Assembly: GCF_001194135.2 (NCBI RefSeq)
Contig: NC_069003.1
Coordinates: 31,031,705 to 31,095,704, forward strand
DNA from: Octopus bimaculoides
Lineage: Eukaryota
Direction of reading: 5' to 3'
DNA: 64,000 bases
The notes under the pieces are model-generated. The model was not told the DNA's origin, searched no databases, and saw nothing but the letters and a program-made list of their open reading frames with translations. Both the position numbers and the translations under genes were made by a program. Position 1 is the stretch's first letter. The number at the start of each line of letters is the position of its first letter. This document shows, piece by piece, positions 40,612-53,704 of this stretch.

Positions 40612-40841
40612 TACCAACATCAGTTGTCAAGCGATGGTGGGGGGACAAACACAGACATACAAACACACACACATATACGACAAGCTTCTTTCAGTTTTCG
40701 TCTACCAAATCCACTCACAAGGCTTTGGTTGACCCGAGGCTATTGTAGATGACACTTGCCCAAAGTGTCATGCAGTGGGACTGAACCCGGAACCATGTGG
40801 TTGGTAAGCAAGCTACTTACCAAACAGCCACTCCTACACCT
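40612..40841 (-). mobile_element. SINE A, 5' two-thirds
   Basis: Aligns to 13130-13372. Confidence 0.8.
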
Positions 40842-41516
40842 AGCTTTTGTTTCATTTTGAAAAATAAGATTTTATTTTACAGTTTATCATTGTTTATATT
40901 TCGAATTACATATACAGATGGGGGCACCAAAGTCTTTTAAATGCTTAGGGCCTTTATGAGTCTTCATCTGGCCCTGGCCACATGAGACATATAGCAATTA
41001 TTTGATATGTTTAAAAATATTTTTAAAAAATGCATGTCTTATGCACCAGCAAATATGGTATTTAGTTGCAAAAGGAATTTCTCAGCCACACAGCCATACC
41101 TGGCAATATTATCTGGAATTGGTAATCTATGATTTAATACCACTGTTGCATCACTGCTACTGTCAGCTGATTGAGAACCATGCTTGGGGCACAGATTTAT
41201 CGATTTGCACTTAAAATCATTCATATCTTCAACCGATTCTATGCCATCTTGTGGATACATTTGATTGAATTCCTATTGATCTTCATCAGAAACTTGCAAA
41301 CTCTGTTGTATCTCATCTGTTGTAAACAGGCAGTGTTTGCCTGCAGTGAGCTTCATGGTTGGAAATTTGGCGAAAAAAAAAGAAAAAAAATCCGAAACAA
41401 TACCAAAATAGTACTAGCTGTTGAGAGCCATTAGTAGATTGTCTAATTCTACACTGGCAGCTTATTGTTATTGAGATTGTCTGACGTATTTTTAGTTTGA
41501 CTGAATTTTAACATCA

Positions 41517-41925
41517 TGACTGTGTGGTAAGAAGCCTGCTTCCCAATCTCATTGCTCTGGGTTCAGTCCCACTGCATGGCACTTTGGGCAAGTGTCTTCT
41601 GCTGTAGCCTCAGGCTGATCAAAGCCTTGTGAGTGGATTTGGAAGATGGAAACTGAAAGAAGCCTGTCATATATACACACACACATATATATATATATAG
41701 ATATATATATGTATGTATGTATACATGTGTGTATGTGTGTGTCTATGTTTGTCCCCCCACCACCACCATTTCTTGACAACCACTGTTGGTGTGTTTAAGT
41801 CACTGTAACTCAGTGGCTCAGCAAAAGAGACCAATAATATTAGTAGCAGGCTTAACAAAAGAATAAGTACTGGGGTCGATTCTTGAAGGCAGTGCCCCAG
41901 CATGGTCTCAGTCAAATGACTGATA
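41517..41925 (+). mobile_element. Near full-length SINE A
   Basis: Head, internal microsatellite and 3' body all present. Confidence 0.8.
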
Positions 41926-42490
41926 CACTAGTTCACTCCCTCCATCAAATTGATGTTGTCTGAATAGGTGCACAAGTGTACCACATGTCAGGTGTCGAAG
42001 TGATTAGAGAGAAATGTGGATGAAGTTTTTTTGCTCAAGAACAGAGACCACCACCCTGTCTTGGAATTGAACCTGCGATCTCGGAATCTTGGGTGAAACA
42101 CCATAACCACTAGGCCATGCAAGCTCTCAAAAGGTAAAAAGATATACAATAATTAGCCATCATATTATTACATTTCACCAGTCACATGTCTGACTGTTTG
42201 CAGAGCTGTCACTTCTCAAATATGTTTCACAGCCAAATATTCTAGCAAATTGATTGGATTACATTTCATGAAACACCTGAGAATTATCAGAGACACGCTT
42301 AAAGTGTTACAACCCACAACTTCTGATATGATGTGTGCTCTTTTCATTATGAAGACAATGAGGTGTGATACGAAGGAAGATTTGGTTGCTGTCCAACTGA
42401 TTGACCAACAAAGCAGCAGCTAACTCCCTTGCTGGTTTGTTGTGGCAATATTGTATATAATAAATGTGAAATAGCAATAAATTATTATCA

Positions 42491-42532
<42 letters not shown>

Positions 42533-42533
42533 G

Positions 42534-42760
42534 TGAAGGCAGCTAGCTGGCAGAATCGTTAGCATCCCTGGGCGAAATGCTTAGCGGTATTTCATCTGCC
42601 GTTACGTTCTGAGTTCAAATTCTGCTGAGGTTGACTTTGCCTTTCATCCTTTTGGAGGTCGATAAATTAAGTACCAGTGATGCACTGGGGTCAATGTAAT
42701 CAACTTACACCTTCCCCACAAATTTCAATCCTTGTGCCTATAGCAGGAAGGATTATCATT
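42534..42760 (+). mobile_element. Full-length SINE B flanked by (ATT)n on both sides
   Basis: (att)n-agtgaaggcagctagctggcagaatcgttagc…gtgcctatagcaggaagg-(att)n. Confidence 0.85.
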
Positions 42761-43585
42761 ATTATTATTATCATTATTATTATTAGTAGTAGTAGTAGCA
42801 GTAGTAGTAGTAGTAGTAGCAGCAGCAGCAGCAGCAACAGCAGTAGTAGTAGTAGTAATAGCACATCTCCCCGAGAGCTATGTTAAGGGTACACGTGTCT
42901 GTGGAGCACTCAGCCACTTGCATGTTAATTTCACGAGCAGGCTGTTCTGTTGATTTAATCAACTGGAACTCACATCTCTGTAACTGACGGAGTGTCAGTT
43001 AGTGATGGTGATAATGATGATGATGACCCTTCACTTAGTCAAGAGAAATGGTTACCACTCATGGAATAAAGTAAGGTATTCACAAGCTGGGAACCTTGCC
43101 TCAACATTCCCAGCAGAGTAGATTCTTTTAAAGACACCCAGTAAGTAGAATTAAATATATAATCCAGAAATTCATTGTCCAATGGATTTTATTAAGTTAA
43201 AGATGATCCGATGAGATATGTGGAAGAATTAACTGCTAGTTTCAGCATTTCTCATTACTTCAATTGTAATGGAAAATACTTTTAATTAAGATGTTTCCAT
43301 CTGGTTTATATTCCGACTACAGCACTGTGTGTAGGTGTGCATGTGCGTGATGTCCATATTCAGAAGTGTCAGTTATATGTGGTGTAGGAACTATTGTAGT
43401 GGTAGTAGTTGTAGTAGTAGTAGCAGCAGCAGAAATAGTAGTGTTTGTAATGGTGATTGTGGTGGTAGTGCTGGTGGAAGAAGAGAAGAAACAAAAGAAG
43501 ACCAACAACAACAACAATAAAGACAAGGGAATATTGTTTGTGGTGGTGGTGATGGTGATTGCGGTGGTTGTGGTGGTGGTGATAA

Positions 43586-43636
<51 letters not shown>

Positions 43637-44804
43637 GTGGATGGTATGTGGCAGTGAATATATTTAACAAGGTTGATTGGTCATCATTAAAACTGTTATT
43701 ACAAAGTTAAAGCCAAGAAAAGAAAAGAGAGAAAGAAAGAGAGAAGTTTAATAATAACAGCTAAAAGGAAAATTCTGTTACCAAAATAATGAATAAACAA
43801 ATAAATAAATAAATGAGGATGATGATGATGGTATGTATTTCATTGAGAAACATTTATCACAGTACAAGGTCTAAACATTTATTAGTTATAATCTAAGTTG
43901 TTTGACAAGAGTTATTTTTATGGCTGAACAACTGACAATAAATGTTAGAATGTTCCAGATAATTATCACAGCCATTTCATGTTCTTGACTCATTCAGAGT
44001 CAATGCTGGTGCCACGAATGGAATTTTTTTTTTTTTTTTTTGACTAATGGAGGCATTATTTCATACTCGGTACATTTTTTTTTTTTTTTTTTTTTTAGTT
44101 ATGATCAGGTGTAGCTGTATGGTTTCAGAAACTTGGTTTCCAATGCTGGATTAACCATTAAATAAAATACTGTCGAAACTCATGTAATTTGCACACCTGT
44201 GTAATTTATGCAGGTGATTTTTTGGGATAAAATTTGTTTAAAAACACTTCTACTGATGTAAAATTCGCACCCAAAAGTTTTCAGAATTGCCGATATGGCC
44301 AGGGCAAAAAGGTTTTCAATTTAGTTGTATTTAGCATAATTTCAGTTACTTATGATTAGATTTTATTAAATTGTCATTAAATACAAATAATTTCTGTTTA
44401 ACAGGTATCATGTTGAAAGCTATAAAATTATGAAGTGTTTGCCTTGTTTATAATAAACTTAATTTTACATTTCTTGCCCACAAAAGATTATGTCTGATCT
44501 TTAACATACTGCTGGATTCAGAGAATTGTGTGGCTATCCTCTAATAGAACTGAGTCTTTGGTGTAACCATGATTGTCCTGGTGATCTGATGAGCTGGCTT
44601 TCTTTGTTGGCATTGATTTGTGGATATACATTTATATTGTATAATGCATAACATGTATATTAATGGAGACACCTAAACATAATTGTATATTCCTCACTGA
44701 GATTATTACCACATTAAGAAGGCTGTGAAATGTGCATAAGCCTAAGGATGCCAACCAGTTAAATAAATATATTCATCTTTCATACCTCTTGACATTTTAT
44801 TGGT

Positions 44805-44864
<60 letters not shown>

Positions 44865-45111
44865 GAGAGAGAGAGTGAGATGGAGAGAGACAATTATGTG
44901 GAGAAACAAATTAAATATAGCAGCTTGGGTTTGAAATACAACATATCTGAATATGTATACATGAAAACAGAAAGAAAGTATAGACTGAAGATTTTCAGAC
45001 AATGAATATTTAAATATAGATATATAGATATTTATATACCAATATATCAAACTTACACAGAGTATGAATGCCAGACATGATTAAATTGTGTGTATATATA
45101 TATTATATATA

Positions 45112-45230
45112 GGGAGAATTCACAAAAAAAAAAACAACAGACGAAGACAGGTGATGTTGAAAACAAATAGATGTATTAGTATAATGCTTGGGAATTGAGA
45201 AAGTCTTTAACGTTTTTGAGCCTACACTCT

Positions 45231-45231
<1 letters not shown>
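45112..45231 (-). mobile_element. Truncated, degenerate copy of the same hammerhead-like repeat
   Basis: gggagaatt...caacagacgaagacaggtg...gaaagtctttaacgtttttgagcctacactctt aligns to 10969-11085; cut by (TA)n before the CUG box. Confidence 0.6.
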
Positions 45232-45262
<31 letters not shown>

Positions 45263-46207
45263 ATTCTATTTATATTATTATATGACTGAACATCAGGCAT
45301 CNNNNNNNNNNNNNNNNNNNNNNNNNNNNNNNNNNNNNNNNNNNNNNNNNNNNNNNNNNNNNNNNNNNNNNNNNNNNATATATATATATATATATATATA
45401 TAAGGGCAACTTTGAGTTTCCGTGTACCAAATCCACTCACAAGGCTTTGGTCAGCCCAAGGCTATAGCAGAAGACACTTACACAAGGTGCCACACAGTGA
45501 GACTGAACCTGGAACCATGTGGTTGGGAAGCAAGTTTAAAAGCAGTTAGATGATTGTCACAGGAACTTCCCTGATCATAGATCTGACTGCTTGATCAAGG
45601 CTGATCTGAGGTTAAACGACAACTTTTAAGTTTGTGAATATTCACTAGACGTGCTTCAAAGATATCTGAGAAGCAGTGCTTTGTGAATTAAAGTTTGTTT
45701 GTATTTCACACAGAGAAACATGTGATTGCATTTAAATGAGATAAAATGCTTTCCAGTTCAACTTTCAACACTTCCACTCAATAATTATATCACAAATACC
45801 CATAGATACACCACGCCACCCACACAAAAGAGTTCTGATCCTCGCTCTGCATTGACTGAACTGCAAATAATGACAGAGTTAAATCTCTTCAATGAATCTG
45901 TTTCAGTAGGGTTAGAGCTAATTAGAGAGTATGGAAAACACGACACAATATTTCAATAGATTCAAATCAGTGATAGCACAAAAACTGTCACAGCTGACTT
46001 GATTCATGCATACAGGAGTCAGTAGTATCAGGCTTCTGAATAAATGATTAATGGTTCATATTCTATCCTCACTTCACACTGTGAACTCACAGCAAGCCCT
46101 TGTCATTATAGCATTTATGAATGGTTTTTGTTTTCAGTGTCAATTCTTTCCCGTGAATCAGAATTAACATTGCATTTTTCTTCATGTATGTGTGTGTGTA
46201 ATTAGGG

Positions 46208-46842
46208 GCAGGCATGGCTGTTTGGTAAAAAGCTTGTTTCTCAACCACATGGTTCCATGTTCAGTTCCACAGCGTGGCACCCTGAGCAAGTGCCTTCTGC
46301 TATTGTCCCAGGCCAACCAAAGTGTTGAGTGGATTTGGTAGTCAGAAACCGAGAGAGGCCTTTTATATATATGTGTGTGTGTGTGTGTGCTGCATTTGAG
46401 TGTGCATGTGTGCATGTGTGTCTGTGTGCATTTCTCTATATGTGTGTGTGCATGTGAATATGTATACACACACACACACACACGCATATATATATATATA
46501 TATATATATTCTTTTACTTGATTCAGTCATTTGACTATGGTCATGCTGGAGCACCACCTTTAGTTGACATATTCTTTGTAAGCCTAGTACTTATTCTAGT
46601 GGTCTCTTTTGCTGAATTGCAAAAGTTACAGGGATGTAAACACACCAACATCGATTGTCAAGCAATGGTGGAGGGACAAACACAGACATATACAAATACA
46701 TACATACACACACACAAATATAAATACAACAGCCTTCTTTCAGAGGCTATAGTAGACACTTGCCCAAGGTGCCACACAGTGGGACTGAACCCGGAACCAT
46801 GTGGTTGGGAAGCAAGCTTCTTATCACACAGCCACTCCTGCA
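46208..46842. mobile_element. SINE A head (+) 46208-46365 and SINE A (-) 46505-46842
   Basis: Family motifs in opposite orientations. Confidence 0.75.
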
Positions 46843-46884
46843 CATATATATATAAATATTTATATACATACATACACACATACA

Positions 46885-46937
<53 letters not shown>

Positions 46938-47314
46938 ATATAAAATATATTTATATCCTTACGTAGTACACATGCAAACATGGCAAATTAAGCTATTTCT
47001 CCATAGAGTGAAAAAATGATGAACAATCTTAATCAATTGGTAAATAATAGTAATACCAATAGTAATTGAATAAATTCCTAATTGTATATAATCAATAAGT
47101 TTCGTGTTATGTGTCAATTTTTGTATTGTATCAGTATATGATTAATTGTCTATTTGTGCGTCAGTATTATTTTCTGGTAAGACCAGATTTTTCTCTCTTC
47201 TTTGTTCTGTTTCTGTTGTTCTTACAAGATTCCTTGTTGAATGTTATTGTCTTCTTACTAAACACTCATACACCATCTTCAACAGGAGATTCCATCATAC
47301 ATACACATATATAT

Positions 47315-47475
47315 ATGATTGACCGCTAATTCCTAAAGTAATTTTTATTCTCTCTCTGATTATTTCCTCATGTTGCTTTCTGTTGAAGAGCGTAGGCTCG
47401 AAACGTAAAAGACTTTCTCACCTTCCCGAGCATCAAATTAATACACCTGCTTGTTGTTTTTCTGTAAATTTCAAC
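47315..47475 (+). mobile_element. Second copy of the (TA)n-flanked hammerhead-like repeat (motif 47376-47412)
   Basis: Shares atgattgaccg start and ctttctgttgaagagcgtaggctcgaaacgtaaaagactttc core with the 10969-11162 copy; TA runs at both ends. Confidence 0.65.
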
Positions 47476-48007
47476 TATATATATATACTAGCTGGTCCTG
47501 TGCTGTCAAAAATGATGCCTAATTGTCGTATTTTATATATAAATAAGGTACAAAATGAGGTACATAATTCACATACTTTCCCTGTACATGCACACACATA
47601 CACACATATACTCACACAGAGCTGAAACGCTGTTTGATTTTTCTTTTCAGCATTGAATGTTCACTATCCCACTTCCATTGCACACACACACACACACACA
47701 CACATTCACATGACTCACTTTTACATACACACACATATACTCACGTGGATTTGAAATGCGGCTTGATTTCTTTTTTCCCTGTAGAACTCCCAACATCCCA
47801 CTACCAAGTTTGCCATCACCCCCTCCTTCCTTATTCATCTATCACCCCTACTTTCTCATTCATATGTTGTGACGGAAAAAAACACAAGTGTATTATTATA
47901 GTAGATATATATGTGTCTTTTAAGTCCATTTATGAAACGCACGTAGCAATGCATTAAAATATTCATAAATTCCATCCATGGATTATCATTATTATTATTA
48001 TTATTAC

Positions 48008-48040
<33 letters not shown>

Positions 48041-48378
48041 CATTATTATTGCTGTGTGTGGTGAAGTTGCATGGCTCAGTGGTTAGAGTGTCTAACCACA
48101 CAGCCACACCTACTATGCTTATACTCATTTTTATAAAATATTTTTGGAAACATTCAACAACCAAAAGAAAAGAAAAACTGTATATTGTAAATTTAGGTTA
48201 GTCATTAATCTTTATTCCTGCTGGTGTTATTCATTGCTATTTTCTTCCGACTTGCGATGTGATCTTAATGTTTTATTATTCCCATTTCACTATTTAATAA
48301 AGTGTGCAAGCAGCAGTTGTGTTTGCAGTTGGTTCTTGTTGAATGTAAGTATATACTTACATATTTATTCTACCTCTG

Positions 48379-48423
<45 letters not shown>

Positions 48424-48730
48424 CTGTGCACACACAACAACATGGTTAAGTAGCAGTTAAATTGTCTGCAATTCTCATGTGACATGAGAAAAGACTAAAT
48501 CATCAAGTTTATCCAGACAGACAAAAGGACATTTATATTGGTTTACTTTGCGAATCAAATTCTTTGAGAGGCCACTAGACATTAGTCATAACATGATTAC
48601 CTGGTTAGCAAGAGATGTAAAGTTTGACTCTTGTGGTCAGATCAATTAATTTTCTTTCTTTCTGCTCAGGCAACACTTATAAATTCCTCATATACGTACA
48701 TGTGCATAGATATATATTTACATTTATATA

Positions 48731-48765
<35 letters not shown>

Positions 48766-48949
48766 NNNNNNNNNNATATATATATATATATATATATATA
48801 TACATTTATGAATTTGTGTTGCACAAATATATATATGTGTGTGTGTATATACATATATATCTATGTGTGTGTGTGTGTGATGCTAGCATGGAAGGTAGAT
48901 GTTAAATGATGACGATATATATATATATATATATATATATGTGTATATG

Positions 48950-49170
48950 TTTGTATGTCTGTTTGTCCCCCCCCCTCCCCAGCATCGCTTGACAACCGAT
49001 GCTGGTGTGTTTACATTTCCATAACTTAGTGGTTCGGCAAAGGAGACCGATGCAATAAGTACTAGGCTTACAAAGAATAAGCTCTGAAGGTCGATTTGCT
49101 CAACTATAAAAGAGGTGCTCCAGCATGGCCGCAGTCAAATGACTGAAACAAGTAAAAGAGTAAAAGAGTA
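48950..49170 (+). mobile_element. SINE A 3' half with (gagtaaaa)n tail
   Basis: Close to the family consensus seen in other copies. Confidence 0.8.
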
Positions 49171-49584
49171 TACGTACATACATACATACATGCATACATA
49201 TATATATAATCAAAAATATGTATATCAGAAACAGGAGTTGTGAATTGAATCAATATAAATGAAATTGAAACATACAAGAACCAGATATGTTTTCAATTAG
49301 ACAATTATTTAAAGAGTACGTGCGACTATGAAATGAAATAAACTGACCTAATCTCATGAGCATATTGTCAATCGAAAATGAGATATGTTCTACAATGTTA
49401 AGTCTCAAAGATAATAAATAAAGCTTTATCTGAAAACCAAACATCAAAGGCGCTGCAGAAATTCTCTTTAGTAAAATAACAATAATTAAATCTGAATTAA
49501 AACTGATATTATTATTGTGAAAATAAAATAATTATGTGTTTTGGAGGTTTAAGAGGAAAATATGACAATGTACAGACATGCTTT

Positions 49585-49642
<58 letters not shown>

Positions 49643-50071
49643 NNNNNNNNNNNNNNNNNNNNNNNNNNNNNNNNNNNNNNNNNNNNNNNNNNNNNNNNNN
49701 NNNNNNNNNNNNNNNNNNNNNNNNNNNNNNNNNNNNNNNNNNNNNNNNNNNNNNNNNNNNNNNNNNNNNNNNNNNNNNNNNNNNNNNNNNNNNNNNNNNN
49801 NNNNNNNNNNNNNNNNNNNNNNNNNNNNNNNNNNNNNNNNNNNNNNNNNNNNNNNNNNNNNNNNNNNNNNNNNNNNNNNNNNNNNNNNNNNNNNNNNNNN
49901 NNNNNNNNNNNNNNNNNNNNNNNNNNNNNNNNNNNNNNNNNNNNNNNNNNNNNNNNNNNNNNNNNNNNNNNNNNNNNNNNNNNNNNNNNNNNNNNNNNNN
50001 NNNNNNNNNNNNNNNNNNNNNNNNNNNNNNNNNNNNNNNNNNNNNNNNNNNNNNNNNNNNNNNNNNNNNNN

Positions 50072-50106
<35 letters not shown>

Positions 50107-50193
50107 ACAGGAAGGACAACAAAAGAAAGAAAGGGACCTCGATATTATGCAAATAGAGGAATTTATCTGTAGAAATATGTGACACTTATTTAG

Positions 50194-50267
50194 TAGCCAT
50201 GATAAAACTCCAAGTTTCAGATGCCAGCGTGGTAGCCCACACCAACATCTCTTCAGTTATCCGGCCA
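50194..50267 (-). ncRNA. Type I hammerhead ribozyme motif with long stem II
   Basis: Minus strand: uggccggauaa-CUGAAGA-gauguuggugugg(gcua)ccacgcuggcauc-u-GAA-acu(ugg)agu-U-uuaucauggcua. Stem II 13 bp including GU pairs, stem III 3 bp, stem I ~11 bp with one bulge; one extra U before G12. Confidence 0.7.
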
Positions 50268-50352
50268 GATAAACAGAAACAATTTTGCCTATATATTTGT
50301 ATGTCTCACCACAAAATTCTTTATAGATAACTTACCAATGATACCTGCATTA

Positions 50353-50980
50353 GCCCTATAGCGTTCAGATTACTCTGTCAAATTTACTCCGACAAATTAC
50401 TTTGGCAAATTACATTCAGATTACTCTGTCAAATTTAATATTTATTCATTCATATTGTTTTGAGTTAATCGTGCAAGATCTCATAGCTTCAAGATTTTGA
50501 TGATGTGAAGGTTGATTTTAAGAATGACATTGCAGGTTGGATATGAGAGACTAAATCTGGCTAGTTTGAATATAAAAGAAACAGAATATTTGGGCTGGAT
50601 ATATATAGCTTGGTTTTAAACCTTTAGTTTTCAGATTACCTTGTCAAATATTATGCTTATTTATTCACATTCCTTTGAAATAATCATACATTATCTCTTA
50701 GCTTCAAGATTTCAATGAAAAGATTGTTTATTTTTGAATGACATTGTAAATTAGGTATAAGATCTAGCTGGTTTGAACATAGAACAGGTAGAATATTTGG
50801 GCCCAGTGGGACCAGTTTGACTCTTTAGTGCAAAGGTCTTGGTCGTTTGTTATCACCTCCATCATGCAATGGCCTCAACTGATCATGCTACCAAGCAACG
50901 GCCAATCATGCCTTATCTCACAGCTTCAAGATTTCAATGTTTACTTTTAGAATGACATTGTAGAATAGGTGTGAGATTGT
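50353..50980. mobile_element. Tandem partial copies of a piggyBac-like MITE
   Basis: Repeated ttcagattactctgtcaaat…agcttcaagatt…agaatgacattg units, reverse-homologous to 56065-56292. Confidence 0.6.
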
Positions 50981-53496
50981 GAGCCCGACACTGTAACCAC
51001 TGAGCCATTTGCCTTCACTCAGCTGTAGAAATGAGCTGCGATGTCACTGATGTCAAGCTGTACTGGCCTTTGCCTTACCCTTGGATAACATCGCTGGCAT
51101 GGAGAGAGAGGGGGGAAACTGGTATGCATGGGTGACTGCTGGTCTTCCATAAAACAACCCTGCCCGGACTTGTACCTCAGAGGGGAACTTCCTGGGTGCA
51201 ATCCCATGATTATCCATGACCGAAGATGGTCTTACCAGATAACTATTTCTACTCAACTCATTGCATTAGACTTGTTAACTCTAGCCTAACTATTTCTCTG
51301 TCTACTTATCAAGCAGTCTCACCACTATTATTTCTCCATTGTTTGTCAGTTATCCCTTTGTTAAATACAGTGTCACACGCCTACTTAACACTCTTTCAGT
51401 CTACCCATCACACCATGTAATTATTTCTAGTTTGTTCAACAAAGCTCCCTACATTAAATATGTTAATGCTGGCTTAATTAGAGAGATTATTCATCAGTTA
51501 TACAGAAGCTCTGCTGCTTAAACAAGTGAGATAATGTGCTATTCCCTCTAAGTTGTGCATATGTACATGCACAAAGACATTTTGCAACCAACACACACAA
51601 AAGAAAATAATGTATGCATAACATATTAGTTGCCTTGTATGAATATGAAATACACATAAAATGTTAGTTGTCTTATGTAAGGATGAAATGTGCACATAAT
51701 TTTTTCAAAGGGGAAACATTTCACAACATAAAAGATTTTTTTTTTTGCATTTCAAGGGAACAATGGTAGAATGTACAGTTTTCTTTTTTTCTTTTTTGTT
51801 TTTTTTTTTTGCAAAAGTGAACTGAGCTAAAACAGTAATAATGATGATGATGATGATGATGTTGTTGATCATCATCATCATCATCATCGTAATGGTAATG
51901 GTGTTGGTAATGATGAAAGTGATGTTGATCTTGATGAGGATGAGGATGTGGATGTTGATGATGATGATGAGATGATGATAATGACATGCATTCACACATG
52001 TAAAAATATGCTTTGAAGATGATGATGATGATGATAAATGCACTGGTGCAGTATCAGGCAGTGGCTTCCATGGCTTCTGATATTGACTGATTGAAATTGT
52101 TATCATGTACATTGTTTTCTCTTGGTGTAAAAAGATGGGTTACAGCAAATATTCTGCTCAATACTGCAGATTTGCATGTCAGTTGCTTGACTTTAACCAG
52201 TTGAGTATGTCCCCTAATGGTTGGTGATATGTGCATCTCTGATCATGAGCAGAAGTAATTGGAAAGCATCACAGCCATGTGTTGAGAGGAATTCTATGGG
52301 GTTTGAATAATTCATCTCTGGAAACGTGGATGTTTCATTCATCATCCTTAAACATCGCTTATCAGGGACCTTTCCCTTCTTTGTCCAGTTCCTCCATTTC
52401 CTTCTTAGCCCACCACCCAAGAGTCAATAAACTTGCAGAGCCATTTGAGCATCAGAGGTAATGCCTTGCTTTCTGAGTTCAAACTATGGCAAGCTCAGAT
52501 TTATGCTTTGTCATTCTGGAATCAATGAAAAATGATATTGGGGAGTAAATTGGTAGAGCATCATGATGGTGCCTGCTGGTATTTATTCCCATCCTTTGCG
52601 TTTCGAGTTCAAATTCCACTGTAGCTCACATGTGTGACGTGAAAGCATGTGGCCAAGTGTTTAGGGTGTTGCTCTCATGGTCCCATAGCCATGGTTTCAC
52701 TTCCAGGACTAGGCAGTGCATTGTCTTCTTGAACAAAACACATCATGTCACACAAAATTGCACCCAGACCACTAAGCTATAAATGAATATCCCTGAGTCC
52801 AATCAGCATCCCATTCAGGGTGATGTTGTGATCTTCATCGCTTATACACTATGGAAATTGGATAATCAGCTCTATGAGTCCTAGGGTGACTCAAGGCAGT
52901 AATGTCCACAGACGACACTGATGATGATAATTACATTTGTGGAAGACACAACCTATCAACCAGTATCACATCACATAAATCTATATAGATGACTTACCAA
53001 TGGTCTTCGCATTAAATATGTTAACACTAACTCAACTGTCTTCCTATCTTTATGTCTTACTGCATAACTATTGCTATTTAACACATCAACACTCCTTGTT
53101 AACCTTTGCCTGGTTTAACACCATCATCTGGTCCTTGGTTGTCTTTAATTAAGACTATGGCGTTTGCAAATATTTGAATTGGATTATCAGGTGGTAGATA
53201 CCTTCTTCCCTCCCTGCCATCCATCTCAAAGAATTCCATCTGACAAGGTGACTGGAAAATAGAAGCAACAATGTTATTTTCTGCTTCTCACCTTCACACT
53301 CAGAGATGAAGAACAAGCACCCAAAATGTTGCATTCTTCACACCTCATGACAACTGGATTTAACAAACCCTTCCAGGAACTATACTTTAATGCCTAAAAG
53401 TTTGAGGTCTGATACATATTTCAGTAAGTTAATAAAAACCAAAATATAAGATAATATGTCAAAAAATAATAAAAGTTTATGTGATTTGACTTGTAC

Positions 53497-53600
53497 CTTT
53501 ATAATGTAAGATATTCCACTTTGAAATTCTTTGTCATAAACAGCAAAAATTGTTTCAACTTACCTAAAAAGAGAAAAAGAGAACAAAAAAAAAATTTTAA
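53497..53600 (-). other. Putative recursive splice site (3'ss fused to 5'ss) with 67-nt cryptic RS-exon
   Basis: Minus strand ttttttttttgttctctttttctctttttAG|GTAAGT, junction 53564/53563; ~90-nt AG-free zone upstream; downstream donor AAG|gtacaa at 53497/53496. Confidence 0.6.
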
Positions 53601-53704
53601 TATTGAAGGAAAAAATACAACAAATGTATACAAATAAGTGAATTTTTAAAACTATCTTATTAAAAAATTTCTCACTTTTCATGCATGTAATTAAGTTTAG
53701 ATGT

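Noticed and set aside
12966-49170. tRNA-like heads of SINEs as tRNA genes
   Set aside because: Only A/B-box-like remnants; no cloverleaf or anticodon arm could be built.
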